Shown here: positions 37,707 through 47,477 of the stretch, one piece after another | Layout: every line of letters starts with the position of its first letter | Numbering within the stretch: the first letter of the stretch is position 1 | Source: Candidatus Iainarchaeum sp. | Lineage (GTDB): Archaea; Iainarchaeota; Iainarchaeia; Iainarchaeales; DTGL01 | DNA: 64,000 nucleotides | Assembly: GCA_021163505.1 (NCBI GenBank) | Contig: JAGGVE010000034.1 | Location: 11,726 to 75,725, forward strand | Direction of reading: 5' to 3' | Program-made: the position numbers and the translations under genes | Notes under the pieces: generated by a model | The model's database searches: none | What the model was told of the DNA's origin: nothing | Seen by the model: the letters and a program-made list of their open reading frames with translations, nothing else

Positions 37707-38021
37707 CTAGTGCCTAAAAAGTGCCAGCAACAGGCACACAAATATTATCAGCTCAAATACATTTTCGCTTGCATCCGAAAAGAAATAACCTGGTGACACA
37801 AAAAGATCAAGTACTTTTAAAGCCCATTTAACACTGAAGAAGAAAAACGCCAATGCAATAAGCGCAAATCTTTTTGTTTTCTTTTTCCTATAAGCCAAAA
37901 GCGATAAGAGCAACATAGAAAGGGAAAAGAACAGAACTATAGGCCTAAGTATAAAGTCATAGCGGGAAGCAAGCTCAGCGAGCGGCCTCAGATAATCCCA
38001 AGGATACTGTGCAAGCATCAC
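37707..38021 (-). CDS. small membrane protein (3 TM)
   Basis: 104 aa, hydrophobic. Immediately downstream of the regulator. Confidence 0.4.
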   Translation of the reverse strand: MMLAQYPWDYLRPLAELASRYDFILRPIVLFFSLSMLLLSLLAYRKKKTKRFALIALAFFFFSVKWALKVLDLFVSPGYFFSDASENVFELIIFVCLLLALFRH

Positions 38022-38238
38022 AAAACCACCCTAAAAAAGAAGCTGAAAAAGATTTAAAAAGAAGGAGGAAGGGGTGAGGTGAAACCTCGGGGGGTTAAAG
38101 CTCAATAAAAGCTCAATTTTTACTTATAAAGCTTTTGTGGTACAAAGGTGGAAAATTCGTACATTAATCGAATCTCCTCCTTTCTTTCTTTAGAAAGGAA
38201 AGGGCATCAGAAAAATTTTTTCTAATTGCTGGAGATTC

Positions 38239-39534
38239 CTATGGGTAGTATCTGTTAATAGTTCTTGGAAATGGAATCGCATCTCTTATATGCGGTGCTT
38301 TTATAACCCAAGCGGTGAACCGATCTAAACCTAAGCCAAAGCCCGCATGTGGCACGGAGCCGTAGCGCCTCAAATCTATATACCATTGATATGGCGCTGG
38401 ATCCAAGCCATCTTCCTTCATTTGTCTGAGAAGCTCTTCGGTTAACCAAGTACGTTCTCCCGAGCCGATTATTTCACCATAACCTTCCGGCGCTAAAACA
38501 TCTGCACAAAGAACATATCTTGGATCTTTGGGATCTGGGCGATGATAAAACGGCTTTAATGATCTTGGATAATGTGTAACTATAACTGGCGTTTTTTTGT
38601 TTCGTGTTATTTCGCGTTCTTCTTTCTCGCCAAGGTCTGAGCCACTCTTTAAATGAGGAAACTTTTTTTGAGCAATTTTTAGTACATCCTCGTAGCGCAA
38701 GCGCTCGTACCTCTTGTATGCACTTGGCTCCAATGTTTTTGGATCTCTACCTAAAGCGATGAGCTGCTTTTCGTTTTCCTCAATAACTTTTTTAACCATA
38801 TACTTAACCATACTCTCTTCTATATTTAGCAATTCATCCAAACCAATCCAAGGAAATTCAGCTTCAGCGTGCCAGAACTCGGTTAGGTGCCTTGTGGTTT
38901 TACTTTTCTCGGCTCTGAAGCTTGGAGCAATGGTAAAAACGTTGCCAAGCGAAAATATCAGGGCTTCTAAATAGAACTGCGAACTTTGCGTTAAGTATAC
39001 CTTTTTGCCAAAATATGGGACCTCAAAAAGCGTTGAGCCGCCTTCAACCATCCCGGAAACAAACATTGGGCCCTGCACTTCAATAGCATTTAGCTCTTTC
39101 TTCATGAACTCGCGAAATGCTTCAAAAACAGTTGCGCGGACTTTCAATGCGTCTCTCATGCGTGCGCTTCTAAGCCATAGGTGCCTAACATCCATAAGGA
39201 ATGATGTAGAAAAATCCTTCTGAATTGGAAACTTTTCAGCCAAGCCAACAATCTTAAAGCGCTCTATTGTAAGCTCCACCCCATATGGCGCTCTTTCATC
39301 CTTTTTTAATGAACCGCTAAGCTCAACACTTGATTCTATCGTCGCTTTATCGCATTCATCCCAAATCTTTTTATCAAGCTTGTTCGAATCGGCAACGCAT
39401 TGCAATTCAGCGGTTTCATCTCTAAGCAGAATAAATATCTTTTCTTTATGTTCACGCTTGCGCTTAACCCATCCATGCAAAGCTACTCTACCAGAAGCTT
39501 TTTGGATGGCTTCTTCTATTTTTGCAAAATGCAT
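38239..39534 (-). CDS. asnS: asparaginyl-tRNA synthetase (class IIb)
   Basis: Class II motifs 'FRAEKSKTTRHLTEFWHAEAE', 'GYGEIIGSGER' (AsnRS-type GEIIGGSQRE) and 'HAGFGLGLDRFTAWV...IPFPR'. 431 aa. Confidence 0.75.
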   Translation of the reverse strand: MHFAKIEEAIQKASGRVALHGWVKRKREHKEKIFILLRDETAELQCVADSNKLDKKIWDECDKATIESSVELSGSLKKDERAPYGVELTIERFKIVGLAEKFPIQKDFSTSFLMDVRHLWLRSARMRDALKVRATVFEAFREFMKKELNAIEVQGPMFVSGMVEGGSTLFEVPYFGKKVYLTQSSQFYLEALIFSLGNVFTIAPSFRAEKSKTTRHLTEFWHAEAEFPWIGLDELLNIEESMVKYMVKKVIEENEKQLIALGRDPKTLEPSAYKRYERLRYEDVLKIAQKKFPHLKSGSDLGEKEEREITRNKKTPVIVTHYPRSLKPFYHRPDPKDPRYVLCADVLAPEGYGEIIGSGERTWLTEELLRQMKEDGLDPAPYQWYIDLRRYGSVPHAGFGLGLDRFTAWVIKAPHIRDAIPFPRTINRYYP

Positions 39535-39584
39535 ATTATCACTTCTTTATAAGAAAATAATAAAATGATTGCACTATCCGAAAA

Positions 39585-40361
39585 TCACATATTTAACAGA
39601 TCAATAAGCTGTTTATGTAATAATCCATTGGTTGCGAGCATAAACCTATCGTGAATTCTCCAAGGCTCAGCGAATTGATTTGTTACTCTGCCACCTGCTT
39701 CCTGAATTAGTATTGCACCTGCTGCGCCATCCCATGGTTTTATATTTCTGTGTAAAACAGCATCAACTCTGCCACTTGCTAAATATGCAAGCTCCAAAGC
39801 AACAGCTCCAAACTTTCTAATAGCTCTTGTGTTTTTGTACAAATCTATAAAACTGCGATGTCCTAAAGAAGCAAGCTCTTGCGCTTTTCTGGCTGAAGAA
39901 AAGCTCAGCACAAATATTGCTTTATCGAGTGAATCCCTATCTGAAACAGTTATCTTTTTTCCATTCAAAAATGCACCACTACCTTTAACAGCATAAAAAA
40001 GCTCAGCTCTATTTGGCTCGTAGATAACGCCAAGCACCGGCTCATTGCGTTTTGCGAGCGCTATGGAAGTACAAAAGAAAGGGATCCCACTTATGTAATT
40101 ATTTGTTCCATCGATAGGATCAATAATCCATAAAAGCTCTGAGCTCTTTTCTATGCTGCCAGACTCTTCTGCGAGAAAACCTATCTCGGGAAACTGTTCT
40201 GAAAGCGTTTCTGTGATGGTTTTTTCTACTTCAATATCTGCGTTTGTAACAAAATCAAATTTGGTTTCCTTTGTGCTTACGCTAAGCTCCCCTGCCCTTT
40301 CCAAAGCAATCCTGCCTGCATGCTTTGCTGCCTCAATTGCCGCTTCTAAATATTCTTCCAT
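39585..40361 (-). CDS. inositol monophosphatase / fructose-1,6-bisphosphatase family (SuhB-like)
   Basis: 'WIIDPIDGTNNY' and 'ALELAYLASGRVDAV' motifs. 258 aa. Confidence 0.8.
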   Translation of the reverse strand: MEEYLEAAIEAAKHAGRIALERAGELSVSTKETKFDFVTNADIEVEKTITETLSEQFPEIGFLAEESGSIEKSSELLWIIDPIDGTNNYISGIPFFCTSIALAKRNEPVLGVIYEPNRAELFYAVKGSGAFLNGKKITVSDRDSLDKAIFVLSFSSARKAQELASLGHRSFIDLYKNTRAIRKFGAVALELAYLASGRVDAVLHRNIKPWDGAAGAILIQEAGGRVTNQFAEPWRIHDRFMLATNGLLHKQLIDLLNM

Positions 40362-40378
40362 GAAACCACCTTTAAAAA

Positions 40379-41128
40379 CTAAAATTCAATAACCATTAAA
40401 TCGCTTGCTATTCGCAAGCTACCTGAGTAAATATTCCTTACAATCTTTTCAATCGGCTCGTTTTCCACTTGTGGATAAAAATGGTTTAAAAGCAGGCTTT
40501 TAACATTTGCCTGCTTTGCTATGCTCGCTGCCTGGCTCACAGTTAGGTGGTTTGAGCTTGGCAGAGAATCAGGCAATGAGCATTCAAGCACAAGCAGGTC
40601 AGCTTTATTTGCGAGCGATATTATATCTTCGCAATAGGCAGTATCACCGGAGAAAACAATACTCTTACCCTCAGCTTCAATTCTATAAGCTATCGTGCTT
40701 TCATGTTTTACAACTCTGCTTTTAATCCTGAAGCCGGGCATCATAAGGAAACTATTCTCAAGCTCTTTTGTAACAACTTTAAAAGGCACCTCCTTCAGGG
40801 TTGGAAACGCATTATCGAGGGCTTCGCAAAAAGCGGCTAAGCCCTTTGGCCCGATTATATTTAGCTGCGAAGCACTTTTGATAGGCCCGTATTTAAAAAC
40901 GAGCCTTCTGTAAAGCAGGAAAGTTGAGAGAGCAGAAGCGTGATCTGAATGGAAATGAGTAAGGAGAATTGTATTAATATCTGCGGGCTCTGCAACTCTT
41001 TTCAAGTTTGTGAAAGCGCCTTCGCCAATATCAATAAGTAGCTTCTTCCTGCCTGACTCCAAGAGAAAACCTGAGCAAGCTCTTTCCTTCGAAAGCACTG
41101 TTCCAGAACCTAAAATAGTGAGCTTCAT
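40379..41128 (-). CDS. MBL-fold metallo-hydrolase
   Basis: 'HFHSDHASAL' HxHxDH motif. 249 aa. Overlaps the start of the downstream methyltransferase by 4 nt. Confidence 0.7.
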   Translation of the reverse strand: MKLTILGSGTVLSKERACSGFLLESGRKKLLIDIGEGAFTNLKRVAEPADINTILLTHFHSDHASALSTFLLYRRLVFKYGPIKSASQLNIIGPKGLAAFCEALDNAFPTLKEVPFKVVTKELENSFLMMPGFRIKSRVVKHESTIAYRIEAEGKSIVFSGDTAYCEDIISLANKADLLVLECSLPDSLPSSNHLTVSQAASIAKQANVKSLLLNHFYPQVENEPIEKIVRNIYSGSLRIASDLMVIEF

Positions 41129-41931
41129 CTTGGTCCCTTTTTTGGATTCTTACATACTGCAATCAAAATAGTAGGTTTCTGTTTGTTTTTATTGGTTACT
41201 CCAACTACCTTTTCAGAACCCTTGCCAAGAAAGATGTTCCTAAATACTCTAAACCGTTCCAAACCAAAAAAGCTGAACAGTTTCTTTGTAAGAATGGCGC
41301 CCTTTGAATCTAAAACCTGCTGACCATAAACTTCCACTTCTCCAAAATTTTCTCTGAGCAAGGAAAGTACTTCATTTAGTGTAAACTCTCTTACGTGGTG
41401 AGGATTTCTTGGTTTTCTTCTAAAAGGTGAAACTAACTCTTTTGCAGGAGTTGTTATTATTGCTATGCCATTCGGCTTTAGGACTCTCTTAATTTCATCG
41501 AGGACACGCATTGGATTTCTAAAATGTTCAAGAGCTTCTATGCAACAAACTGCACTAAAATAATTTTTGGGGAAGGGAAGGCCTTTTGTTGCATCAGCCT
41601 TTAAAAAGACTAAATTTTTTCTTTTCCCATATTTGGTTCTTGCAATATTTATTGCCTCTTCAGAAATGTCCAAACCGACAACGCGCTTTGCTTTTCTTGC
41701 AAGAATATTGGAGCCGTAGCCCACACCACAACCAACATCAAGAATTGTGCTTTCTTCAATTTTTGGAATCGCTGAAGCTGCAAACCTATATCGCGCTATA
41801 TGCCTACGAAGCCTGCCTACATCATTTTCATCTAAGGAGATCCTCTCGCAAAAAAATTTTTTCGGAGGTTTTCTCTTTCGCTTCCTAGCTGAAGAGCTTC
41901 TTTTGGTATTTCTCAATCGTCCTGCTGGCAT
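41125..41931 (-). CDS. class I SAM-dependent methyltransferase
   Basis: Motif I 'ILDVGCGVGYGS'. Basic N-terminal extension (start possibly later). Confidence 0.7.
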   Translation of the reverse strand: MPAGRLRNTKRSSSARKRKRKPPKKFFCERISLDENDVGRLRRHIARYRFAASAIPKIEESTILDVGCGVGYGSNILARKAKRVVGLDISEEAINIARTKYGKRKNLVFLKADATKGLPFPKNYFSAVCCIEALEHFRNPMRVLDEIKRVLKPNGIAIITTPAKELVSPFRRKPRNPHHVREFTLNEVLSLLRENFGEVEVYGQQVLDSKGAILTKKLFSFFGLERFRVFRNIFLGKGSEKVVGVTNKNKQKPTILIAVCKNPKKGPR

Positions 41932-41937
41932 AAAACC

Positions 41938-43383
41938 TCACGGTGTTAGGCGCTCTGGGTCTCTCGGCAGTAAAATTCCCTCGCGGATGTTTGGAAGTTT
42001 CATGAATGCTTCAAGCAAGCGATCTAGGCCTAAGCCAGTGCCACCATGTGGCGGGCAACCATATTGGAATATCTCTGCATAAACTTTCATTGCATCAAAG
42101 TTAACGCCTTTTTCCTCTGCCTGCTTCTTGAGCACTTCGTAGCGATGTTCTCTTTGGGCGCCTGTAGCTACTTCAATTCCATTCCAAAGCAAATCAAAGC
42201 TCTTTGTAACGCTTGGATCCTGCTCGGGTTTCATATGATAGAAGGGCCTAACAGCCCAAGGATAGTAGTAAACAAATACAAGTTCAGCATGCTCTTTTTC
42301 CATAAAATACTCTGCCAATATCTTCTGGGCTTCCAAGTTAAGGTCTTCTTCATCCGGAAGCCTGAGGCCTTTTTCAGCCAATATCTCCTTTGCTTCGCGC
42401 ATCGTTATGCGCGGTATCTTTTTAGGTATTTTTACGCTGCGATCCCAAAGCTCTAACTCTTCTTTACACCCCTCTTTGACCCTCTTCAATATGTGTTTTA
42501 TAAGCCCTTCAACAGTATCCATCACATCCTGTTCTGATTCAATAAATCCTTGCTCAAAGTCTATGCCTATGAATTCTGTTAGGTGTTGAGCGGTATGGCT
42601 TTTTTCTGCTCTGTACACTGGAGCGATCTCGTAAACGCGTTCGAAGCCGGCTACAACAAACATCTGCTTGTATATCTGTGGACTCTGCGCCAAGTATGCT
42701 TTTCTTCCGAAATAGTTTACCTCAAACAGCTCTGCTCCAGATTCTACGCCAATTGTAGTTATTTTTGGAGTATTTATGTTCATGAATCTGTTTAAATCAA
42801 AGTACTCAACGCAGGCTTTAAACATCTTTGAACGAATTGTGAAAAGTGCTATGCTCTTTTTATTGCGCACATCCAAAAAGCGATGGTCTAATCGCTTTGC
42901 TAAATCGCTTTCAATTTTGCCACTTGTATCTATCGGTGTTGGTGCCTTTGCTAACGAAACTATCTCAATCTTTTCAGGAATTACTTCGCTGCCCACTTTG
43001 GCTTTGGCCGATTTTTTAGCTGTTCCCCACACATAGATAACAGATTCCTTTGTAAGGTTTTCAACCACATTGTAAACATCTTTTGGCACAACCTTTTTAG
43101 GCAGAGTTATCTGTGTATAGCCAGAGCGATCCTTAAGTATAATAAATCTTATTCCGCCAAAGTCGCGAGTTTCTTGAACCCAGCCCTGAACAAGCACCTT
43201 TTTATTATGGTATTTTGCAACCTCATTAGCGTATACACGCTTCAAAAATAACACCCCGAAGCTATTTGTGAGCCACCTTAATTTTATAATAATAACATTT
43301 TTTATTAATAGGGCACTTATTGCATAAAGGCTTCTTTTTGCAGAAATTCTTTGCAAGTTCAACAAACAAAGCATGGTACTCAT
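41938..43383 (-). CDS. aspS: aspartyl-tRNA synthetase (archaeal type)
   Basis: 'AQSPQIYKQ', 'FRAEKSHTAQHLTEFIGIDFE', 'GIEVATGAQREH', 'PHGGTGLGLDRL'. The annotated N-terminus overlaps the nth-like gene by about 120 nt, so the real start is probably an internal codon. Confidence 0.8.
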   Translation of the reverse strand: MSTMLCLLNLQRISAKRSLYAISALLIKNVIIIKLRWLTNSFGVLFLKRVYANEVAKYHNKKVLVQGWVQETRDFGGIRFIILKDRSGYTQITLPKKVVPKDVYNVVENLTKESVIYVWGTAKKSAKAKVGSEVIPEKIEIVSLAKAPTPIDTSGKIESDLAKRLDHRFLDVRNKKSIALFTIRSKMFKACVEYFDLNRFMNINTPKITTIGVESGAELFEVNYFGRKAYLAQSPQIYKQMFVVAGFERVYEIAPVYRAEKSHTAQHLTEFIGIDFEQGFIESEQDVMDTVEGLIKHILKRVKEGCKEELELWDRSVKIPKKIPRITMREAKEILAEKGLRLPDEEDLNLEAQKILAEYFMEKEHAELVFVYYYPWAVRPFYHMKPEQDPSVTKSFDLLWNGIEVATGAQREHRYEVLKKQAEEKGVNFDAMKVYAEIFQYGCPPHGGTGLGLDRLLEAFMKLPNIREGILLPRDPERLTP

Positions 43384-43969
43384 TGTAAAGCTTTACATCT
43401 TTTGGGAGAGTATCCTCAAAAAATTGCTTTAGTTCTGCACGCGATTTAAGCTTTACATTGCAGAAGCGTTGCATTATTCTCTCGGTGTAAGCGTCAATAA
43501 CAAAACTTGGCTTTTCTGCAGCATAGAGAATTATGGAGTCTGCTGTTTCATAACCAATGCCATGCAATGAAAGCAGCTCTTCACGCAGCTCTGCAAGCGG
43601 TTTATTGAAAAAGCGCCTTAAGCTGCCCGCATAATTTTGCTCCACATATTCGCAGAAAAGCTTCAAGCGCTTTGCTTTTTGGTTGTAGTAGCCTGCACTC
43701 TTAATAAGCTCTGCAAGCTCCTTTTCGCTCAATGAAAGTATTCCTTGCAAAGATAGCTTCTTCGCTCTTTTCAGGTTTGCAATAGCTTTCTCAACGTTCT
43801 GCCATGCAGTATTTTGCGTTAGTATTGCACCTACGCATATCTCAAATTTGCTCTTGGCAGGCCACCAGTGCTGAGGACCGAAATAAGAGTAAAGCGTTTT
43901 ATAAAGTTTGAGCAAGTTGCATCGCTTCATTAAAGAGAGCAACGAGGAAAAATTAATAAATAATTGCAC
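43262..43969 (-). CDS. nth: HhH-GPD DNA glycosylase (endonuclease III-like) with C-terminal 4Fe-4S Cys cluster
   Basis: 'LLSLHGIGYETADSIILYA' HhH-GPD motif. 'CKKKPLCNKCPINKKC'. Confidence 0.7.
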   Translation of the reverse strand: MQLFINFSSLLSLMKRCNLLKLYKTLYSYFGPQHWWPAKSKFEICVGAILTQNTAWQNVEKAIANLKRAKKLSLQGILSLSEKELAELIKSAGYYNQKAKRLKLFCEYVEQNYAGSLRRFFNKPLAELREELLSLHGIGYETADSIILYAAEKPSFVIDAYTERIMQRFCNVKLKSRAELKQFFEDTLPKDVKLYNEYHALFVELAKNFCKKKPLCNKCPINKKCYYYKIKVAHK

Positions 43970-44080
43970 AACTTCATATATTTTGGTATAAGAGAAAGGG
44001 GTGGGCAGTTGGCGAAAAAGAAAACAAAGAAAAAGAAGAAATAAATACTTAGTTACTTAATTTTTTCCTTTTTCTTTTTT

Positions 44081-45067
44081 TCAATCAAACTCTTCCAGAA
44101 ATAGTTGCTGAGCCTCTTTATGCAACGGCCTTGCAGGGATCTTTAATCTGCGCTTCACATAGCTTGCGAATTCCTTTGCAAAGCCGTGCATTGTGAGCAC
44201 AAGCTTTGGTTCTGCAAGCTTAACGTATTCAAGTAGCTGATTAAAATCAGCATGATCTGAAAGAGGAAATACCCTATCAAAAAAGCTCTTGTACTGCCAG
44301 CCAGTTGCTTTTGCACTTGCAACCTCTCTGTTCAGGGAAAACCCTATTGCTTGCAGTAGATGTGCATTGCAAAGCGATGGTGGCATAATAAGTATATCGG
44401 AATCGTTAAGGTTGTGATCAAGCTTGTAATAAGTGCCAAGCTTCACATTGTGCTTTTCGTAAACCTTATTGTTCTGATATATCTTTTCATGCACTATTGG
44501 TGCTATCCCCAAATATTCATTTACAAATGCTGTTAGCTCCTGTGCCTTTCCTATGGAATAGCCAGCAAGCACAATAAATCTATTCAAAGCGAGCTGCTTT
44601 TTTACCCAGCTGGCGAATTCCTCATAAAGAGTTTCCCTTTTAGGGAATTTATATTCCGCTAACCCAAACGTTGATTCTATTACGAGAGTATTGCAACTCA
44701 ATGGCTCTGCGCCCTTTAATATGAGCGAGTCTTGGAGCTTGAAATCAGAGGTTATGGCAATGCTTTCGCTATTTTCAATGAGCACCTGCGCAGAGCCAAG
44801 GATATGGCCTGCATTATGCAGACTTATATCAAAGCCATCAATGCTTGCTTTCTCCCTGAATTTCAATGCTTTTGCTTTCTTCGGCTTTTTGTAGTTTGTT
44901 TCAATCAATGAGAGTGTTTCTTTGGAGCTTAAAACAGGGCTTTCTGTTTTGAAGGATGCATGGTCTGCATGCGCATGCGTAATTATGCTTGTATTGCCAT
45001 TGTTGCAATCTATAGCGAGCGCATTGCTATTTTCAACTATTATTCCATTCTGCCAATAAATGCGCAT
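44081..45067 (-). CDS. MBL-fold beta-CASP-family nuclease (short form)
   Basis: 'HAHADH' motif 2, beta-CASP motif B 'LSDHAD' and motif C 'LTMHGF'. 328 aa. Confidence 0.6.
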   Translation of the reverse strand: MRIYWQNGIIVENSNALAIDCNNGNTSIITHAHADHASFKTESPVLSSKETLSLIETNYKKPKKAKALKFREKASIDGFDISLHNAGHILGSAQVLIENSESIAITSDFKLQDSLILKGAEPLSCNTLVIESTFGLAEYKFPKRETLYEEFASWVKKQLALNRFIVLAGYSIGKAQELTAFVNEYLGIAPIVHEKIYQNNKVYEKHNVKLGTYYKLDHNLNDSDILIMPPSLCNAHLLQAIGFSLNREVASAKATGWQYKSFFDRVFPLSDHADFNQLLEYVKLAEPKLVLTMHGFAKEFASYVKRRLKIPARPLHKEAQQLFLEEFD

Positions 45068-45216
45068 TTTTGACCAGTAGAAATAAATAAGGAACCAAAC
45101 AATAAAAATGTTGCTGCAAAATTCGCTATAAAGAGAAATGAGTGCTGCGCTTTAAAAAGAAAACAATTATATAAGAGAATAATATAACCATTTATTAGCC
45201 TTAAATTGCTTTTTAG

Positions 45217-46353
45217 GTGACGTTTATGCCAGGAGCCAGGCTTGTGGAGAGGTGCTTGCAAAGGCTTTCATATTTGCAGGTTAAGATTAGGGATATAAAC
45301 TGGGCGGAGCTTTCAAGGCACGGATTTGTAAAAGAGGCGAGCAACGCTCTGCAAGATTTGCTCGAGGTTGAAAGTACTCTGAAGGAATTAAAAAAAGAAA
45401 CGAAAGAGATTAAAAGCAGAGAATTTGATGAATTACTCGGGGAATATAAAAGAACGCTGAGCTTGCTGCAGAAGAATATAGAATTTGAAGAGAAAAAGGA
45501 ACCCAAGGGCAGGCTTATACATGAGCTTGAAGCGGAAGAAAACCCCGAGCTTTTTGCATCGCTACAACAAAAAGTGCTTTCTCTGCTGCTGAGAACGCGT
45601 TTCTTCATTGAACGCCTCAATATATTGCTGAGCAAAGAAAAAGCGAGGTTGCTTGAAAAAGGCGAGGAGCAGGAACAGCTTTTGGAGCTCTTGCACCAAA
45701 AGGAGAAAGAGTTACAGGAGCTTAAACAAAAATACAATGAAGTAAGGAAAAGTGTTTTCTTCGGAATGGAAGAAGCAAGCGCCGCTGACCTCGAAGAAGA
45801 ACTAACTAAAGCAAGGCTTGCGCTTGAAAGGGAGAAAAAAAAGTTAGAAGATATGTTCGCAGATTATAGAGCAAAAATCGCGAGCCTGCAAGCTGACTTT
45901 ATGAGTCTGGCTGATAGGCTGGAAGAATTGCAGCGCTACTTTGATTCATTCTGTGAAAAAAGCTCTGAGCTAACATTACTGCTCAAAAAGGAACGCGACT
46001 TTGCCAAGAAGCTTGTTTTGGATATGGAAGCTGAAGTTTTAGAGCTCAGGAATACCTATAGCAGAGAGCTTTTGAATCTTGAGGAAGCTAAGCTTGAGGC
46101 TCGCAAGGATGCTGAACGTGAACTGATGCAGAGAATAAGAAAGCTTGAGGACGAACTGCTCGCTAAGGAAGAATTGTTAAAGCATTTCCGCGACCTAGCA
46201 AAGAGCAAGGATTCTGAAGCCAGAGAACTTGAGGAGCGCATAGCATTCCTAAACGCGGCAATGCGAACTCACGAAGCTGAGCATGTAAAGAGAAAGGCGG
46301 AAAAAACGAGGAAAGCAAAGAATATGACTGCTAAGAAAAAACGCAAGCGCTAA
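45217..46353 (+). CDS. hypothetical long coiled-coil protein
   Basis: 378 aa, E/K/L-rich heptads throughout. K/R-rich C-terminus. Confidence 0.4.
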   Translation: MTFMPGARLVERCLQRLSYLQVKIRDINWAELSRHGFVKEASNALQDLLEVESTLKELKKETKEIKSREFDELLGEYKRTLSLLQKNIEFEEKKEPKGRLIHELEAEENPELFASLQQKVLSLLLRTRFFIERLNILLSKEKARLLEKGEEQEQLLELLHQKEKELQELKQKYNEVRKSVFFGMEEASAADLEEELTKARLALEREKKKLEDMFADYRAKIASLQADFMSLADRLEELQRYFDSFCEKSSELTLLLKKERDFAKKLVLDMEAEVLELRNTYSRELLNLEEAKLEARKDAERELMQRIRKLEDELLAKEELLKHFRDLAKSKDSEARELEERIAFLNAAMRTHEAEHVKRKAEKTRKAKNMTAKKKRKR

Positions 46354-46361
46354 CTATTTAA

Positions 46362-47447
46362 GTGAAAAGCATGGAAGAATCAGCCCCACTTGAAGTAGAG
46401 TTTGATGAACAAAATGAAGAAGTTGAAGAGCAAAGCAAGGATTATTTAGGCAAAATAATTGCAGTTATTGTGATTTTGCTTGTTGCTGTTGCTGCTTACT
46501 TTGCAATAAACTATTACCTCGAAATAAAATACTCAAAGCTTCGCGTTGTAGTAAAGGATTTCAGCGGAAAGGAGCTTGATAACTCGCAAGTAATAGTAAG
46601 CAATGAGTTTGGTTTCTTAGAAAAGCGCATGGGCAATGCCACCTATGAATTTGAACTTGAATCAGGAAAATATACCATAATTGTAAGAAGCCCCGGGTAT
46701 AAAGAAAAAAGGTTGCAGATAAAGCTCACGCAAGATCGCGAGCTTAAGGTTGTCCTTGAGAAGGAAGCCTTTTTGAGAATAAAAAGCATCGAAATGCCTG
46801 CTGAGCTTATATGTCCTTCGCTAGCGTATGGAACGATTACTATCGAAAATTTGAGTGATAAAGAAGAGCAAGCAAGCGTTTCATTTGACGGCTTTTCGGG
46901 TTTACAGCTTTCCCTAGTCCCAAAAACAGTATTAGTGCCTGGGCAACAGCAGGCAGTAGCAACTATTGAAATAAAATGCAGCAAGGTTTCCAGCGAAAAG
47001 GAAGTTAGCGGTTATGTAAGCATTGGAGGCCTGCAGGATAAAAATTATCTTAAAATAAAGCTTCTGCCTATGCCGGAAATATATTTTGAAAAAGAACTTA
47101 GCGTTGAGCTTGACGCTAATGAAAGTGCTGAGCAAAGCATTGTGTTCCAGAATAAAGCAGGGTTTAAAGTAAAAGGCATGTTACTAAGAATTGAGAGCGT
47201 AAAAGAGAAGAACAGTAAGATTGAACTTAGCAATGTGCTTTCTTTTGATAAAGAAACCGAGCAGCTTGAGAAAAAACTTTCATTCGAACCAAACGGAGTC
47301 GAAAGAGTAACGCTTTATATAAAAGCGCCAAAAACAAATAAAGATACGGAGCTCATAGGCAAGCTCGCGCTTGAAGCGCCTTTTTATCCAAAAGCGCAGG
47401 AGATTTCTATCACAATTAATGTAAAAGGAGTTGCAGAGGACGGATAA
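46362..47447 (+). CDS. membrane-anchored surface protein with carboxypeptidase-regulatory-like (PEGA-like) beta domain
   Basis: Acidic N-terminus and one TM (IIAVIVILLVAVAAYFAI). 'VVVKDFSGKELDNSQVIVSN...YTIIVRSPGYKEKRLQIKL' is a beta-sandwich pattern. Confidence 0.45.
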   Translation: MKSMEESAPLEVEFDEQNEEVEEQSKDYLGKIIAVIVILLVAVAAYFAINYYLEIKYSKLRVVVKDFSGKELDNSQVIVSNEFGFLEKRMGNATYEFELESGKYTIIVRSPGYKEKRLQIKLTQDRELKVVLEKEAFLRIKSIEMPAELICPSLAYGTITIENLSDKEEQASVSFDGFSGLQLSLVPKTVLVPGQQQAVATIEIKCSKVSSEKEVSGYVSIGGLQDKNYLKIKLLPMPEIYFEKELSVELDANESAEQSIVFQNKAGFKVKGMLLRIESVKEKNSKIELSNVLSFDKETEQLEKKLSFEPNGVERVTLYIKAPKTNKDTELIGKLALEAPFYPKAQEISITINVKGVAEDG

Positions 47448-47477
47448 CGAAACATTTTTATTCTATAAAAAAGTGTA

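Noticed and set aside
43262-43383. 122-nt overlap of aspS and nth-like ORFs as a real overlap
   Set aside because: It is more likely that aspS starts at an internal codon, and that the N-terminal 'MSTMLCLLNLQRISAKRSLYAISALLIKNVIII' is not part of AspRS.
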